Positions 62,904 to 64,000 of a stretch of DNA of 64,000 nucleotides are shown here, piece after piece. Origin of the DNA: Raja brachyura (Eukaryota); contig OY740811.1 in the NCBI GenBank assembly GCA_963514005.1, positions 18,104,001-18,168,000 on the forward strand, written 5' to 3'. Below the pieces are notes generated by a model. The model saw only the letters and a program-made list of their open reading frames with translations, did not search any database and was not told the origin of the DNA. Both the position numbers and the translations under genes were made by a program. How positions within the stretch are numbered: the stretch's first letter is position 1; every line of letters starts with the position of its first letter.

Positions 62904-64000
62904 GTACCACTCAATTCTTCACTCAAAGATCTGAGGAAAAGTTAATTGTTCCGTCACGAGGAAACAAATGATTCAGCGTCTTTGTTTAGTTTAGAGCATT
63001 TTGGCTGATTTTCCATTACGATAACAATTAATTTTGCCACTCGTCATGAAGGAAGGAAGTTACCCACCTCAGCCGCGGTCATTGTCTCCCCGGTAATCAA
63101 CCAATCCACCATCTCTAACTGTTGGTCGTTGATGAAGTCCCACCAGGGGACATCACACATTGCTCCAGTCATTTGTAGATTGGTGGTAAATAATGACACA
63201 TTGAAATGAAGGGTGAATTTCTTGTGAATTTTCTTGTGAATTTCTTGCGCCAAAAGTATTATGGCAGTGTTATAATAGTGTGGTTACTGAATTAAGAAAA
63301 GACCATTGTCTTTTCACTGCGTAATGGTGACACCAGATGACACTTTAAAAAATATATTTCTGATCATTCATAGGGTGTGACTATCTCTGGGTAGCTGATT
63401 GTAAATTTCTTGCCCCTTTGGGAATTCGGCTGAGTGTTTTTCCAGTCCTTTACCAAGGGTAGTTAAAAGGCCACTGTGTTTGGTGTTGGACATGAGCTGG
63501 TGATCCAGGCTTGAGCTCCGACCTAGACAGTTTAATAGTAAGCAATGCCGTAGAGATCCTTGTGCACATGATGTACTCTGTGCAGTCTTCAGTAGGGGAC
63601 TCCTGAGGACTGTAGTTATTGAATTGGCAATTCAGTCTGGGAACTAAAGGTTGAAAGTGCCCACACCCTGTATTTTACAATAATCAAAGTTCTTTTGGAT
63701 AATTCTAACCCTTAGAAATATCTTGTCCAGAACTTTGCAAGGTAGGAATTACTATAGAATTATGAGCAAAACACAAAGTACTGGATGAATTCAGCAGTCT
63801 GACAGCAGTTGGTGAGAGAATCGACAAGTCTACTATAGCATTAGATTTAGTTTGCCTCACAAACAGTTAACTATCCATAAATGTCTCACTCATTGCAGCT
63901 AATGATAAGGTTGACCTTCATGGTTTGGATGCATTTCTTAATACACAGACAAATGTATAAGAACCATTGAGGAGATTCTGGGGTCAGGCACTTTTCCAGC

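Noticed and set aside
63213-63247. Short tandem repeat (GTGAATTTTCTT) about 3 copies
   Set aside because: Ordinary slippage repeat with no sign of function.
1-64000. Most ORFs in the six-frame track; prokaryote-style operons, defence systems or CRISPR arrays
   Set aside because: The ORFs are short and derive from SINE, LINE or Penelope sequence or are antisense to exons. The recurring 28-130 bp repeats are dispersed in both orientations, not regularly spaced with spacers.

Overview
This is eukaryotic, repeat-rich vertebrate DNA. The V-SINE, CR1 and Penelope repeat mix points to a cartilaginous fish, probably a skate or ray (inference). The window lies inside one + strand gene, perlecan (HSPG2). 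I assembled 17 phase-consistent GT-AG exons between 7424 and 62903 by hand; they encode the laminin EGF repeats and third laminin-IV (L4/Laminin_B) module of domain III and the first Ig repeats of domain IV. Introns hold CR1 LINE 3' ends, tRNA-derived V-SINEs, Penelope remnants with hammerhead-like cores, PIF/Harbinger-type MITEs and one near-full-length DD34E Tc1 element. The most notable observation is in the 14-kb intron that splits the L4 module. It contains five extra open phase-0/0 candidate exons, all ending AAG|GT. Together they would insert 205 aa, including two furin-type sites, a repeated EEQ..D..W helix motif, a Ser/Pro-rich spacer and a second copy of the YWxLP..GxK start of Laminin_B. 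That last exon can also be read as an alternative first exon with a Kozak ATG and signal peptide. The 15-kb intron between Ig2 and Ig3 also holds candidate micro-exons. All exon and repeat calls were made by eye; repeat boundaries are approximate.
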